This document shows, in pieces, positions 50,314-59,655 of a stretch of DNA of 64,000 nt (positions are counted from its first letter, which is position 1; each line of letters starts with the position of its first letter). The notes beneath the pieces were generated by a model that worked only from the letters and a program-made list of their open reading frames with translations, was not told the origin of the DNA and ran no database searches. Source of the stretch: a virus; the IMG/VR virus record IMGVR_UViG_3300042691_007361, positions 42,796 to 106,795 of that record. One strand, 5' to 3'. A program made the translations under genes and the position numbers.

Positions 50314-50984
50314 TATCTAAGTGCATTTTGGCTATCATCAGCTCCATCTGTTGGAATCTTAATTGACGTAGCAAGTTCTTGAATTACATATTGCTCAATC
50401 TCAGAAAATAAATACTCTGGTAGAGTAAGGTTCTGATCTTGTTTTACTACACATTGATCTTCAGGATTACATTGGAAGTCACCAGTTGATCCTTCAAAGA
50501 TTGCTTCTATTTTAATAGCATCCCATTCTACATTTGGTAAATAGAGATACCCATTGTGAAACCAGAAGTATGCTCTTTTATTATATTTGAATGTAGTTGT
50601 TTTTGTCATTGAGGCAAAAGTACCGGGCTCAGTACGGAATACTTTTATACTACCATCTATTGAAGATACTGTACGGAATACTGGACCAAAAGCTCCTGTA
50701 AATACATTAGGTAGTTTTTCCTTGGTTCTTTTGAAATAACATTCTGAGTATACTCCTGTACAATCTGCTTCTACCCTATCTACATCAATTAACTCAACAT
50801 ACTGTAGATATGTAAAGAGAGAACTAATCTTCATTAGTTTATTCTGATTGTCTTCTCTTTTAAGTAATGTCTTACCGTATTTTATAATAGCAAAGTAAAT
50901 ACTTCTGTCTGTAAGAAATGGATCTTCCTTTACAGCTTTAAGTGCAGTTCTTACTCTTGATATTGCTTCACCTATTGTTGTCAT
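50313..50984 (-). CDS. tail ring / adaptor protein
   Basis: 223 aa. KRTKEKLP, YFWFHNGYLY and C-terminal PTDGADD, plus gene order. Confidence 0.6.
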   Translation of the reverse strand: MTTIGEAISRVRTALKAVKEDPFLTDRSIYFAIIKYGKTLLKREDNQNKLMKISSLFTYLQYVELIDVDRVEADCTGVYSECYFKRTKEKLPNVFTGAFGPVFRTVSSIDGSIKVFRTEPGTFASMTKTTTFKYNKRAYFWFHNGYLYLPNVEWDAIKIEAIFEGSTGDFQCNPEDQCVVKQDQNLTLPEYLFSEIEQYVIQELATSIKIPTDGADDSQNALR

Positions 50985-51565
50985 AAATCAAACTCATTAT
51001 AGTCTTTTAAATTAGACTGTAGTTTTCTATCTCTTATACCTTGTAGAACTAGAGCAGTATAGGCCTTCTTCATTTTAGTTGTTGCATCTATACTAACATA
51101 TATTGTCCAGTTCTCCGGATACGTTTTAGCTACAGTTCTTTTAAAGTTTCTACATGCTGTAAAACTCCAGCATTCTCTAAAAGTATATTTGTATTTACTT
51201 GCAGAGCATGTGTAAAATATCTTAGCAAGTTTACCATCTGTCTCCCAGTTTTTATTGTTTACAGTTACTCCATATTTTGAGGACTTACCATAATCAATGT
51301 TTCTTCCTTTTACAGATTGACAGCTTCCAATAAACAAGTGTCCTAATCCTTCTGGTAATTGAACACCATCTCTTGTTTCTATTACAGTTTCAGCAAGAAC
51401 TTCATTAAACTTTTTGACAATCTTTTTGATATCACTTTCTGTTACATCTTTATACTTGCCAAACTTTTCTTTAAAAGCTTTAAAGAAATCCCTGTTTAAA
51501 ACACTGTAAGCCTTCTGTCTAAATCTTGGAGCCTTTACATTTGGTAACTTAAACTCTTTACTCAT
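50981..51565 (-). CDS. HU/IHF-like DNA-binding protein
   Basis: Basic; two helices followed by GVQLPEGLGHLFI and later FTACRNFKR. Occupies the crAss-like IHF position. Confidence 0.65.
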   Translation of the reverse strand: MSKEFKLPNVKAPRFRQKAYSVLNRDFFKAFKEKFGKYKDVTESDIKKIVKKFNEVLAETVIETRDGVQLPEGLGHLFIGSCQSVKGRNIDYGKSSKYGVTVNNKNWETDGKLAKIFYTCSASKYKYTFRECWSFTACRNFKRTVAKTYPENWTIYVSIDATTKMKKAYTALVLQGIRDRKLQSNLKDYNEFDL

Positions 51566-51575
51566 ACCATACTAT

Positions 51576-51607
51576 TTAATATACAAAAAATTATGCACTT
51601 TAGCAAA
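51576..51607 (-). promoter_or_regulatory. variant promoter TTTG-N20-TATATTAA
   Basis: Same geometry as the other copies. A perfect TATATTTG also overlaps its -33 box (51604-51611). Confidence 0.55.
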
Positions 51608-51614
51608 TATACAT

Positions 51615-51685
51615 AAAATAGAAAACCCCGGGCTCATTTGCCCAGGGTCTCCACTTGTTAGCCACAGAAACCAACAAACTGCGAC
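51615..51685 (-). ncRNA. two-hairpin intergenic structure (terminator plus upstream stem-loop; candidate small RNA)
   Basis: GUCGCAG-UUUGUUGGUUU-CUGUGGC, then GGAGACCCUGGGC-AAAUGA-GCCCGGGGUUUUC-UAUUUU. The G:U pairs form only on the minus strand. Confidence 0.45.
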
Positions 51686-51691
51686 ATATCT

Positions 51692-52246
51692 TTAAACAGG
51701 AGAAATACTAACAGCAGTGTAATATGCTGTAGCAATTTGTCCAACTGAATCAGTTACTTTTACTTTAAATAGGCAAGTAGCAATTTCTCCTGCAGTAAAA
51801 CCATCATATACGTTTCCTGTAAGATTAAGATTAACTGAAGATCCATTAGTTGCTCCAGCAATAGAAAATCCTGCAAAAGCGTTTTGCTCAATTGTCCATT
51901 CATATGTAAATGGTGCAGTACCATTTGTAAGTGTAGTAGTTAGTGCTCTTCCTGCTTGCTCATCAAAACTAATATCAACAGCAAACGTTGGACAACATTG
52001 AGCTGGAGCAGGATTACAAAAATAATCCACTACTTGATTTAATGCATCTGCTACAGTATCATTAGTTGCTACTACAGTATCTTGATCACAAATAATTGGA
52101 TCTCCTGTATAAACTATACACTGAGCATCAAATACTTCTGAGCATGGTTGAGGATCTGGACATCCTTCTGGTGTTGGACATGGTGCTGGAGTTGTAAGGA
52201 AACTATCCTTACATCCACAATTTATATTTGTATGATTACAAGCCAT
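51692..52246 (-). CDS. Cys-rich structural protein with C-terminal Ig-like (GTAPFTYEW) domain
   Basis: Many Cys in the N-terminal half; GTAPFTYEW...VKVTDSVG beta-sandwich pattern. Confidence 0.6.
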   Translation of the reverse strand: MACNHTNINCGCKDSFLTTPAPCPTPEGCPDPQPCSEVFDAQCIVYTGDPIICDQDTVVATNDTVADALNQVVDYFCNPAPAQCCPTFAVDISFDEQAGRALTTTLTNGTAPFTYEWTIEQNAFAGFSIAGATNGSSVNLNLTGNVYDGFTAGEIATCLFKVKVTDSVGQIATAYYTAVSISPV

Positions 52247-52248
52247 GA

Positions 52249-53745
52249 TTAATATTTTATAATATATTGCATTACAATGTATGGTTGCATGTTGCCATGT
52301 GGTAAGCCTTGAAGTGTTGGTGAACCATCTCCAGTTGTTCCAGATAAAGTTCCTGATAAACTGTGAGTATGTGCTCCTGCATCTGCAATATAAGCACCAT
52401 TACCACCTGCTCCAGTTTGAGGGGTAGTATCATAATCACTACCTGTATCAGAAGTTAATGTTATTGCTCCTGATCCTGCAGTGTTATTATTATCTGCCCA
52501 AATACCATGACGGTGTGTACCCGCTGATCCTGTTGTACCTGATAATGTACCGCCTGATAAATCATGTGTATGTGGTGGAAGTTGTGCATCACTTAATGTT
52601 TCAACTCTATTCCCACCTGTATTACTTACAACAGATAAGTTATAACCATCAGCATTAGTTCCTAGTCCAACAGGTATTCTATTTGCCATTACTGGTAATC
52701 TAAATGAGCCAGGGCCTAAACTACCGTATGTTGTTCCAATTGCTGCCCATAAGTCCGGATAGGCAGCTTGAGTTACATAATCCCCATCACATAGTAACCA
52801 TCCAATTGGAGGAGTTGGATTAGGACTAGCCCATGGAACAACTACACCTGCTGGCATAAATGCAGCTGAGTTTACATCATATGTTGTTGTATTAGTTACA
52901 GCATCATATGATGATGTTACTGTTATACTTCCTGATCCTGTTACTACGGTTTGAGCATAGTTAAAATCATAGAAAAAACATATGCTTGTCCAAATATTAC
53001 TAATTGCATCTGCTAGTGTTGCAGGCGGATTAATCCATCCTGGTTGAGAAACAATATCAGAATTAAAATATGTACTCCCTGTAAGTGTACAAGATGGATT
53101 TAGAACACTTGTTATGTCTCCAAGATTTCCTGATGACGCACACCAGACATCAAGAAATGCTTCAAACAATGTATCAAGTGCTACATCTTGACCAGCTAGA
53201 TACGGGCTTATATCACATGGTAATGTAATATCAGGAAGCGTATAAGTTGGGATATCATCAATCTGTGTTTGTAAGCTTCCAAGAGTTGTATTAATTGTAG
53301 TTATAGAAGATTGAATAACTGCAATCTCAGATACAATACTACATACTCTATTTGCTATAGTCTGTACATAGTTTATAAGTGTATCTGTTCCTCCTCCTAA
53401 ACAATCTGCTACTGCTACTATACAATCTGTAGGACATCCTGTTGATGGGGGATTAGTTGGGTCTACTGGTGCATTTTCTAATGCACAAACTTTATCAATT
53501 AACAATTGAATAAGTTGCTCAAAATCAGATGGAGCACAAGTGTTTAGATTTAAACATGCAAGATCATAGTTACTCACATTAAGAGTATCTAGAACAGCAC
53601 ATAGTTCAGTTGCTAACTTAGCAACCACATCTGATATTGTATCTCCTGTACATAATTTTATACAGTCAAGATTTGGTCCTGACCATATTACACAATTACT
53701 TGATGTAGGTGTGCAAGGAGAGTTATCTAAATTCAAAGGTCTCAT
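52249..53745 (-). CDS. tail fibre protein with tail-collar domain
   Basis: PAGVVVPW...PPIGWLLCDG...YPDLWAAIGTTYG...FRLP, HTH/HRH repeats and C-terminal HGNMQPYIVMQYIIKY. Confidence 0.85.
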   Translation of the reverse strand: MRPLNLDNSPCTPTSSNCVIWSGPNLDCIKLCTGDTISDVVAKLATELCAVLDTLNVSNYDLACLNLNTCAPSDFEQLIQLLIDKVCALENAPVDPTNPPSTGCPTDCIVAVADCLGGGTDTLINYVQTIANRVCSIVSEIAVIQSSITTINTTLGSLQTQIDDIPTYTLPDITLPCDISPYLAGQDVALDTLFEAFLDVWCASSGNLGDITSVLNPSCTLTGSTYFNSDIVSQPGWINPPATLADAISNIWTSICFFYDFNYAQTVVTGSGSITVTSSYDAVTNTTTYDVNSAAFMPAGVVVPWASPNPTPPIGWLLCDGDYVTQAAYPDLWAAIGTTYGSLGPGSFRLPVMANRIPVGLGTNADGYNLSVVSNTGGNRVETLSDAQLPPHTHDLSGGTLSGTTGSAGTHRHGIWADNNNTAGSGAITLTSDTGSDYDTTPQTGAGGNGAYIADAGAHTHSLSGTLSGTTGDGSPTLQGLPHGNMQPYIVMQYIIKY

Positions 53746-53749
53746 ATAT

Positions 53750-53781
53750 ATAATATACTAATTAATTATTACAATTACAAC
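53750..53781 (-). promoter_or_regulatory. variant promoter GTTG-N20-TATATTAT (probably leaderless)
   Basis: Same geometry as the other copies. The ATG lies 4 nt after the octamer. Confidence 0.4.
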
Positions 53782-55153
53782 TTGAACATCCACATGATGT
53801 ACATCCTACTGGAGTTGGTGGATTACAACAAGATGAAGTTGGTTGACACACATAGTCAGGATTAATTAAAGCATCAAGCATTAACATCTCATGTTTAATT
53901 TCCCATTTCATTAACTCTTCTACACAACAACTAGAAATACCATAGCGTCTTTCTAATACATCTTTGTACATCCACTCAGAGAAGTTACATTCTACATTCT
54001 CATAGTATGCTGGCGTACAAGCAGGAGTATTATATCCTGGTGTTACTTTTCTTTTTGGTTGTGGTGCTGGAGTAGGACATACTCCGTTTGTACAGTTACC
54101 ATACTCAGTTGCTACAATACCTACTGGTAAATTCCAACTAATAAGACATGACTTTGGTAAAGTAGAATTTGCACCTACAGTATATTTAGTAACTACACCT
54201 TCATATGTTATTACATCAAAATTTTCTTCTTCACTTGTAGTATTTGTAAATGTTACACAAGTAGAAGGTATTGTATTTGCTAAACAAGTAGGGCAAGTTA
54301 AATACTCTGCTATTACTTGTACACTACCATCAAAGTCAACTATATCAGTTTCTTCTACTGACCAGCAAGTATCAGGGCATGTGCTTATTACTATTACTTC
54401 ACCTACATTAGCTGATAAGTCAGTGTAGGTAACTATGTCTTCTAGTATTCCTGCACAGTCTATAAGTAAATATGGTTGAGCTTGACACTCTGTACAATCT
54501 ACAAATGAATTAATTACTGTAACAGATATATCAGAAGGTATATCAGTATCTAATACTGTAACATAAAAACACTGATCTGCGTATTCATCTAGAGTTACTA
54601 TCTGTCCAACGTAATCAGCCAAGTCAGTAGATGTGTATACTACTAAGTCTGGATTATTACAATCAGTAAGTTGATAGTTTGTTACAGGCAATGTTGCTTG
54701 ACAATCAGGACAACTATTAAATGTCTGAACTATGTTTACAAAATATATTTCAGTGCATTCCTCTGGTTCTTCTGCAATCCAGCATGTATTTGGAAAACCA
54801 ACTATTGTAACAATTGATCCAATAACAATATTATTAGTTACACAAAGTGTATTAGCTGGATTAGAACAATCTACTAGTTTAACTCCAGAAGATAAATCAG
54901 CTCTACATACGCTACAACTACTAGTAATTCCATAACCTTGTACATTCCAATCTACTATAGTATATGAAGGAGGTAATACAGCTACAGTAGATACACCTAC
55001 AGTAAAACAGGTTTGTTGTAATGGGGCAGAGAATGCAATAACACCACCTCCTGCTATTACTTCATCATAGAATGCCTGGTCAAAGTTGGTTGTAAAATAC
55101 GCACCATTTAAACCACAAGGAGTAAAAGTTAATATTGTATACTGTATTGCCAT
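53762..55153 (-). CDS. Cys-rich repeat structural protein
   Basis: Three to four ~65-aa repeats of LxDC...G.IV...C[WF]...CxxC, and a Cys-rich C-terminus. Confidence 0.65.
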   Translation of the reverse strand: MAIQYTILTFTPCGLNGAYFTTNFDQAFYDEVIAGGGVIAFSAPLQQTCFTVGVSTVAVLPPSYTIVDWNVQGYGITSSCSVCRADLSSGVKLVDCSNPANTLCVTNNIVIGSIVTIVGFPNTCWIAEEPEECTEIYFVNIVQTFNSCPDCQATLPVTNYQLTDCNNPDLVVYTSTDLADYVGQIVTLDEYADQCFYVTVLDTDIPSDISVTVINSFVDCTECQAQPYLLIDCAGILEDIVTYTDLSANVGEVIVISTCPDTCWSVEETDIVDFDGSVQVIAEYLTCPTCLANTIPSTCVTFTNTTSEEENFDVITYEGVVTKYTVGANSTLPKSCLISWNLPVGIVATEYGNCTNGVCPTPAPQPKRKVTPGYNTPACTPAYYENVECNFSEWMYKDVLERRYGISSCCVEELMKWEIKHEMLMLDALINPDYVCQPTSSCCNPPTPVGCTSCGCSSCNCNN

Positions 55154-55161
55154 TATATTTG

Positions 55162-55347
55162 TTATTTACCTCTGTGTACTTTGTAATCTTTGCGTACTGG
55201 CTGGGCTTCTTTATTGGAAGTTTTCATTCCTTTAACTCCTGCTTCATACCTTGATATGCAATTATTACATACTGCAGCTCCATCTGAAGCTTTTCTTTTT
55301 TGACATCCACAAGAAAGTGATGCCTTACAATTTGAACATTGTGCCAT
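55162..55347 (-). CDS. small Cys-rich (CxxC, CGC, CxxC) protein
   Basis: The likely start is MAQCSNC at 55347, after the leader AAAACCAACAGAT. Confidence 0.65.
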   Translation of the reverse strand: MAQCSNCKASLSCGCQKRKASDGAAVCNNCISRYEAGVKGMKTSNKEAQPVRKDYKVHRGK

Positions 55348-55366
55348 ATCTGTTGGTTTTAGATAG

Positions 55367-55909
55367 TTAACAAGTTTTACAATCAAATTTATTTAAAAGC
55401 TTAATAGCATAGTTATATAGTGTCATACCTTTCTGTGGTTCTTGACAAAACTCTACTTTAGCTTTTGCTGCATCTAAATACATTCTGATTATTCTTAATC
55501 TTTCTAATCTCTCTTGTACTTTAGCAGTAGGCTCACATGCAGCCAAATCTAAATTACACATAGCTTTATTCCATCTGACTAAAGCTTGAGTAATTCTCAA
55601 ATGATTATACTCTACATAAACTAACTCATTTGGAGATACACTATACTTAATGATATAAATACCATCAGGTAAGTTTACATAAGTTTCTCCACAATTTACT
55701 GTTTGTAACTGTAGATCACATGCTGTAAGTATTTCAGTGAACTCAGCAGTTACATCTATTTGATTAGAATATGAGAAACCAGGTACTGTTACATTAAGTG
55801 TCTCACATGTAACAGGTACTATGTCAGCATAAATACTTGTATCATTAATTGATAGAATACAAGGATTCATTACTGTAGGTACCTCTAGACTTAATACATG
55901 ATTTGCCAT
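55367..55909 (-). CDS. probable structural protein
   Basis: 180 aa; LPDGIYIIKYSV beta domain followed by a helical C-terminus. Confidence 0.6.
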   Translation of the reverse strand: MANHVLSLEVPTVMNPCILSINDTSIYADIVPVTCETLNVTVPGFSYSNQIDVTAEFTEILTACDLQLQTVNCGETYVNLPDGIYIIKYSVSPNELVYVEYNHLRITQALVRWNKAMCNLDLAACEPTAKVQERLERLRIIRMYLDAAKAKVEFCQEPQKGMTLYNYAIKLLNKFDCKTC

Positions 55910-55922
55910 AAGTATAATAATT

Positions 55923-55960
55923 AAAAAGGGAGAGGAGTATGAAACTCTTCTCCCCTTTTT
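55923..55960 (-). terminator. intrinsic terminator (potentially bidirectional)
   Basis: AAAAA-GGGAGAGGAGT-atgaa-ACTCTTCTCCC-CTTTTT on the plus strand. Confidence 0.8.
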
Positions 55961-55979
55961 AGTTTGTTGTGATAATTAA

Positions 55980-57254
55980 TTACGGTAGTGGAGCTGGTAC
56001 CGGTGGTACAATCGGCTCACAATCAGTAACACATGACTCAACTTCAAGACCTGTACACTGAGAACAGTTCTCTAACCAAGTTTCTACAAATGTTTCAAAT
56101 GCTACAATCTGACCATCAGTAATAACTTCAAGTAAGTATTGATCATTATCAAATGTTCCAGAAGGGTTGTTGAAACGTGGAACACTGTGTAACAAGTAGT
56201 AACGTGTGTAAAGTGCATTACGGTTAACTGAGTTCAAGATATCATACCCTTGAGTAATCTCACGGATACGGAAATCTGAATGGAAGAAGTTCTGACGGTA
56301 AGACTCAGAAAGAATCAAGTCACGTACAACTGATTCTCCAAGACCCATTGCTTGTCTTCCTAAACACTCATTAACAATACAAATTCCAGAGAATGCACAA
56401 GGATCACCATTCAAATCTACTTCAGATGCATAAAGACGCACTGGCTCTTTTTCATAGAAGTCAGAGATTTGGAATGTACAGTTACCAAACTTAGTATCAA
56501 CATAAGCTCCGTAAAGGATCAAACCTGCACAGTCACCTTCTACAAATCCTGGAGATACATACTCATCCCAAGTATTAGCTGCTGGGTTACCAAATGTATC
56601 TAGAGTACCTGGAGCATAGTAGATTGTACCATCTGCTGCAGAAACTACTGGCAAGATAAATGGAGAGATAAGCGGAGAGTCAACAATCTGCTTAGCCCAC
56701 TCAATCATTACTAATGTAGAATCTACTGGTGTTGGAGCAATAGCTCCAGCAGGACAACATCCTGTGTAAGCAGAAACTGTTAAGTATGCATTGTGGTTCA
56801 AGAAACGTAGAGCTGGAGAACCTTTAACATCTAAACGTAGGTAGTATGTTTCACCACACAAGAAATCTGGGCAGCAATTTGCTGTTCCTTCATCTTGAGT
56901 ATAAGGTGTAGAACCAATGTTCAATACTGCTTGAGTAGGTTCACATGGATCAACACGGTAAAATTTGTTAACATACTTAGGATTGATTACTTTAGATTTA
57001 TTAGATTCTAAGTAACCTCCGTGGAAAGGTCCAATTTTGTCATTAGCCAAAACTGATCCTGAAGCAAGGATAAGCGGGCAACAGTTTGTAAGTGCTGCAT
57101 CAGTAGCTTGTACAATCCAAGTTTTTGGATCTACAAAACCAAACTGACCGGAAGCAAAAATGTTACCAGTTGTTCCAAGCTGTCCTTCATTCAATCCAGT
57201 GAAACCATCAGTTCCAAGGAAAGTCTTTTGAAAAGCGTGATTAAAATAAGCCAT
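55980..57254 (-). CDS. probable abundant structural protein
   Basis: 424 aa with its own promoter and terminator, in the capsid gene block. Confidence 0.6.
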   Translation of the reverse strand: MAYFNHAFQKTFLGTDGFTGLNEGQLGTTGNIFASGQFGFVDPKTWIVQATDAALTNCCPLILASGSVLANDKIGPFHGGYLESNKSKVINPKYVNKFYRVDPCEPTQAVLNIGSTPYTQDEGTANCCPDFLCGETYYLRLDVKGSPALRFLNHNAYLTVSAYTGCCPAGAIAPTPVDSTLVMIEWAKQIVDSPLISPFILPVVSAADGTIYYAPGTLDTFGNPAANTWDEYVSPGFVEGDCAGLILYGAYVDTKFGNCTFQISDFYEKEPVRLYASEVDLNGDPCAFSGICIVNECLGRQAMGLGESVVRDLILSESYRQNFFHSDFRIREITQGYDILNSVNRNALYTRYYLLHSVPRFNNPSGTFDNDQYLLEVITDGQIVAFETFVETWLENCSQCTGLEVESCVTDCEPIVPPVPAPLP

Positions 57255-57285
57255 TTTTCTTTTTATTAGTTAATAAACATATACT

Positions 57286-57317
57286 ATAATATAGTAAAAT
57301 CTTTTTACTCTTCCAAA
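57286..57317 (-). promoter_or_regulatory. variant promoter TTTG-N20-TATATTAT
   Basis: Exact 20-nt spacer; shares a 14-mer with 41469-41482. Confidence 0.6.
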
Positions 57318-57833
57318 TTATTTTAAGAAAAGTAATTTATATTTTGTTGAGTTAATTGAATCTTTTACAAGATCAAGGTTATTTACAATTTCAGAATAAG
57401 GTAACATACCTTGTAGTTTGTTAACCATCGCATAGATATCTCTTAGGTAACTTACACCATCTGCAACTGTATCTAATGTTCTAGGATTAACTTCTGTATA
57501 TGCAAGTAGTTTTTCTGCTGCTCCTTGATATCCTTCTACTAGTGTATCAGCATGATCAGGTAATGCATCATACAATTCATTAAGAGCTTTATGCGCAGCA
57601 TAAGATCCTGTACCTGTAACTTTTAAATGAAGTTTATGAAAACTTGTTCTAGCATTCATAAGTTCTGAAGCACATGCTGATACCATAGTATCTAATGAGC
57701 TACCACCAACACCGGCATTAGGAGTTGGTTGTGGTTTAGCAGGTTCTTCTTTTGGTTGATTTACAGTTACTTCTGGCCTACTTAGTTTTTTAACTGGCTC
57801 TGGGTTTCTTTTTAATAATCTATTGTTTTCCAT
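57318..57833 (-). CDS. Dps/ferritin-like four-helix protein
   Basis: FHKLHLKVTG...SYAAHKALNELYD...DTLVEGYQG...KYKL. Confidence 0.75.
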   Translation of the reverse strand: MENNRLLKRNPEPVKKLSRPEVTVNQPKEEPAKPQPTPNAGVGGSSLDTMVSACASELMNARTSFHKLHLKVTGTGSYAAHKALNELYDALPDHADTLVEGYQGAAEKLLAYTEVNPRTLDTVADGVSYLRDIYAMVNKLQGMLPYSEIVNNLDLVKDSINSTKYKLLFLK

Positions 57834-57838
57834 TATTA

Positions 57839-58537
57839 TTAATTGTTGCGTTCAGCTGTTTCTGTACCTCTTGAGAATTGATTTCCTGATTCAATATCTC
57901 CTGCTAGTATACTTACTGCTTCATCTATTATTACTTCTATTATATCATCTTTAAATTCACATTCTACATTTGTAGGTGATTGAACTCCGGTATATGGATC
58001 TACACAACCTTGTATCTGTATCTTTATTGGTTGTCTGTAATATGTTAATGCAGCTGAGTCAATTTGAAAGTCATTATTAGTATAAACATTGACAAAGTTA
58101 TTCTTAAGAGTAGCAAAAGTCTCAGCCCATTCAAAACTAGGTTGTTTTGATTTATCTCTCAGAAGTACATTTACATTAGCTTCCTCTGCTAGATATACTG
58201 TCATACGTCTGTTATCACAGCATTCTTTTTTAGCATAAACATCTACACGCTTCCATTGTAAATAGTTTGCCGGAATAGCTCCAGTGTAAAATACTTGCTG
58301 GTCGCTTACACTTAGAGGTTGTGTATTAAGAAGAACTTGTAAATCATCTTTTCTCCTATTTGATTCTTCATCACCTTCTCTAACTGCGTTAATCCCGTGA
58401 AGCTGTCTTCTTGTCCATTCTACTTGAGCTTTATTAAATGCCTCAACTATCTGCCAACATTCAATGTTGTCATAGTCCTGGCTATCTAACTTATTCAGGC
58501 GTTGTTTAATCTTTATGGACAGTACACTGTTTAACAT
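57839..58537 (-). CDS. head-tail ring / adaptor protein
   Basis: RLNKLDS...FNKAQ, PANYL, LTYYRQP and CEF...IIDEAV, plus gene order. Confidence 0.65.
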   Translation of the reverse strand: MLNSVLSIKIKQRLNKLDSQDYDNIECWQIVEAFNKAQVEWTRRQLHGINAVREGDEESNRRKDDLQVLLNTQPLSVSDQQVFYTGAIPANYLQWKRVDVYAKKECCDNRRMTVYLAEEANVNVLLRDKSKQPSFEWAETFATLKNNFVNVYTNNDFQIDSAALTYYRQPIKIQIQGCVDPYTGVQSPTNVECEFKDDIIEVIIDEAVSILAGDIESGNQFSRGTETAERNN

Positions 58538-58540
58538 CTG

Positions 58541-58675
58541 TTATTTATTTTTTGGAGTTCTAGGAATCATTTTTCTAAATTGACTCATAGCTTTACCAGC
58601 ATTCTTATAACCTTCTTCTTTAAGATTATTAAAATACTTTACTGCTCCTGGTTTTGAACTTTTCTTGCCTCCCAT
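58541..58675 (-). CDS. 44-aa basic protein (not in ORF track)
   Basis: MGGKKSSKPGAVKYFNNLKEEGYKNAGKAMSQFRKMIPRTPKNK* fills the gap with 2-nt and 3-nt spacers. Confidence 0.7.
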   Translation of the reverse strand: MGGKKSSKPGAVKYFNNLKEEGYKNAGKAMSQFRKMIPRTPKNK

Positions 58676-58677
58676 GA

Positions 58678-59424
58678 TTACTGATATTTTGCTTTGTTAG
58701 CAGCAACCTTCTTTTTGTTTGCTTCCACCTTAGCCTTATTAGCAGCAACTTTTTGAGCATTAGAACTAGCATTACTAGCTTTAGATGCATTTACCTTAGC
58801 AGCATTGCTGTATACTTTAACAGCATTGTCTTGTACTTTAGCTCTGTTTTCAGCTACCTTTTCTTCATTTTTATAATTTTTGAAGGTATTAGCATTTACC
58901 TTAGCTGTATTAACTGCTACTTTATTAGCATTTACTTTTGCTTTATTAGCATCAGCAGCTTTCTTTTTAGCATATGCTGAAGCAGCAACCGCTGCTGCTC
59001 CTCCGCCTCCCGCAGTACCTGCAACTTTAGCTATTGTTTTAAGAGCTGAGCTTTTCTTTTTAGGTGCTTCAGATGCAGAAGTAGAAGTAGAAGTAGACTT
59101 AGATTTATACTTAGACTCTAAAGTTTTAAGTTGTTCTTTAGCTTGTTTAAGTTGTTCATCAACTTTTTTGTATTTATTGTCAGCTTTAATCCTTTCAAGT
59201 TTTCTAGCAGTTTTACGTACTTTACTAGCATGTTTTGCAACACCCTGAGCAGCATCCATTTCTGCACCATAACTATGGTAACTTCTACCTGAAGCACTTT
59301 TTACTTTAGGTGCACCCATTTGAGTACGGTTTGCAATGATTGCTTTACGACCTGCACTTTTAACTTTTCTAATTGCTTTAGCTGACTTAGTAAGACTAAC
59401 TAATGCTTTTCCTATTATTCCCAT
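58678..59424 (-). CDS. Lys/Ala-rich protein with VxxN heptad repeats
   Basis: 248 aa with repeated KVAAN/KVNAN units. Confidence 0.75.
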   Translation of the reverse strand: MGIIGKALVSLTKSAKAIRKVKSAGRKAIIANRTQMGAPKVKSASGRSYHSYGAEMDAAQGVAKHASKVRKTARKLERIKADNKYKKVDEQLKQAKEQLKTLESKYKSKSTSTSTSASEAPKKKSSALKTIAKVAGTAGGGGAAAVAASAYAKKKAADANKAKVNANKVAVNTAKVNANTFKNYKNEEKVAENRAKVQDNAVKVYSNAAKVNASKASNASSNAQKVAANKAKVEANKKKVAANKAKYQ

Positions 59425-59426
59425 GA

Positions 59427-59648
59427 CTATTTATTTTTATTTTTATTTTTTACACTACCACCTTTCTTAAGACCAAACTCTTTAGCAATGGCACGTCTTT
59501 CTTGCCTTGCTTCTTTCTGACCCTGTCTATGCTCTTTACTTAAAGACTGCTTTGCTGTAGCTAAAACACTTTTAACTACAGCTTTGCGCATCTTTTTCTT
59601 TTCAGCTTTTGCTTTATCCTTTTCAGGATCTCTACCAATACCAGCCAT
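59427..59648 (-). CDS. small basic protein
   Basis: 73 aa, Lys-rich, contains LKKGG. Confidence 0.7.
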   Translation of the reverse strand: MAGIGRDPEKDKAKAEKKKMRKAVVKSVLATAKQSLSKEHRQGQKEARQERRAIAKEFGLKKGGSVKNKNKNK

Positions 59649-59655
59649 TACTTAA

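Noticed and set aside
51692-55153. Diversity-generating retroelement or invertible fibre cassette
   Set aside because: No reverse transcriptase, invertase or TR/VR repeat pair was visible.
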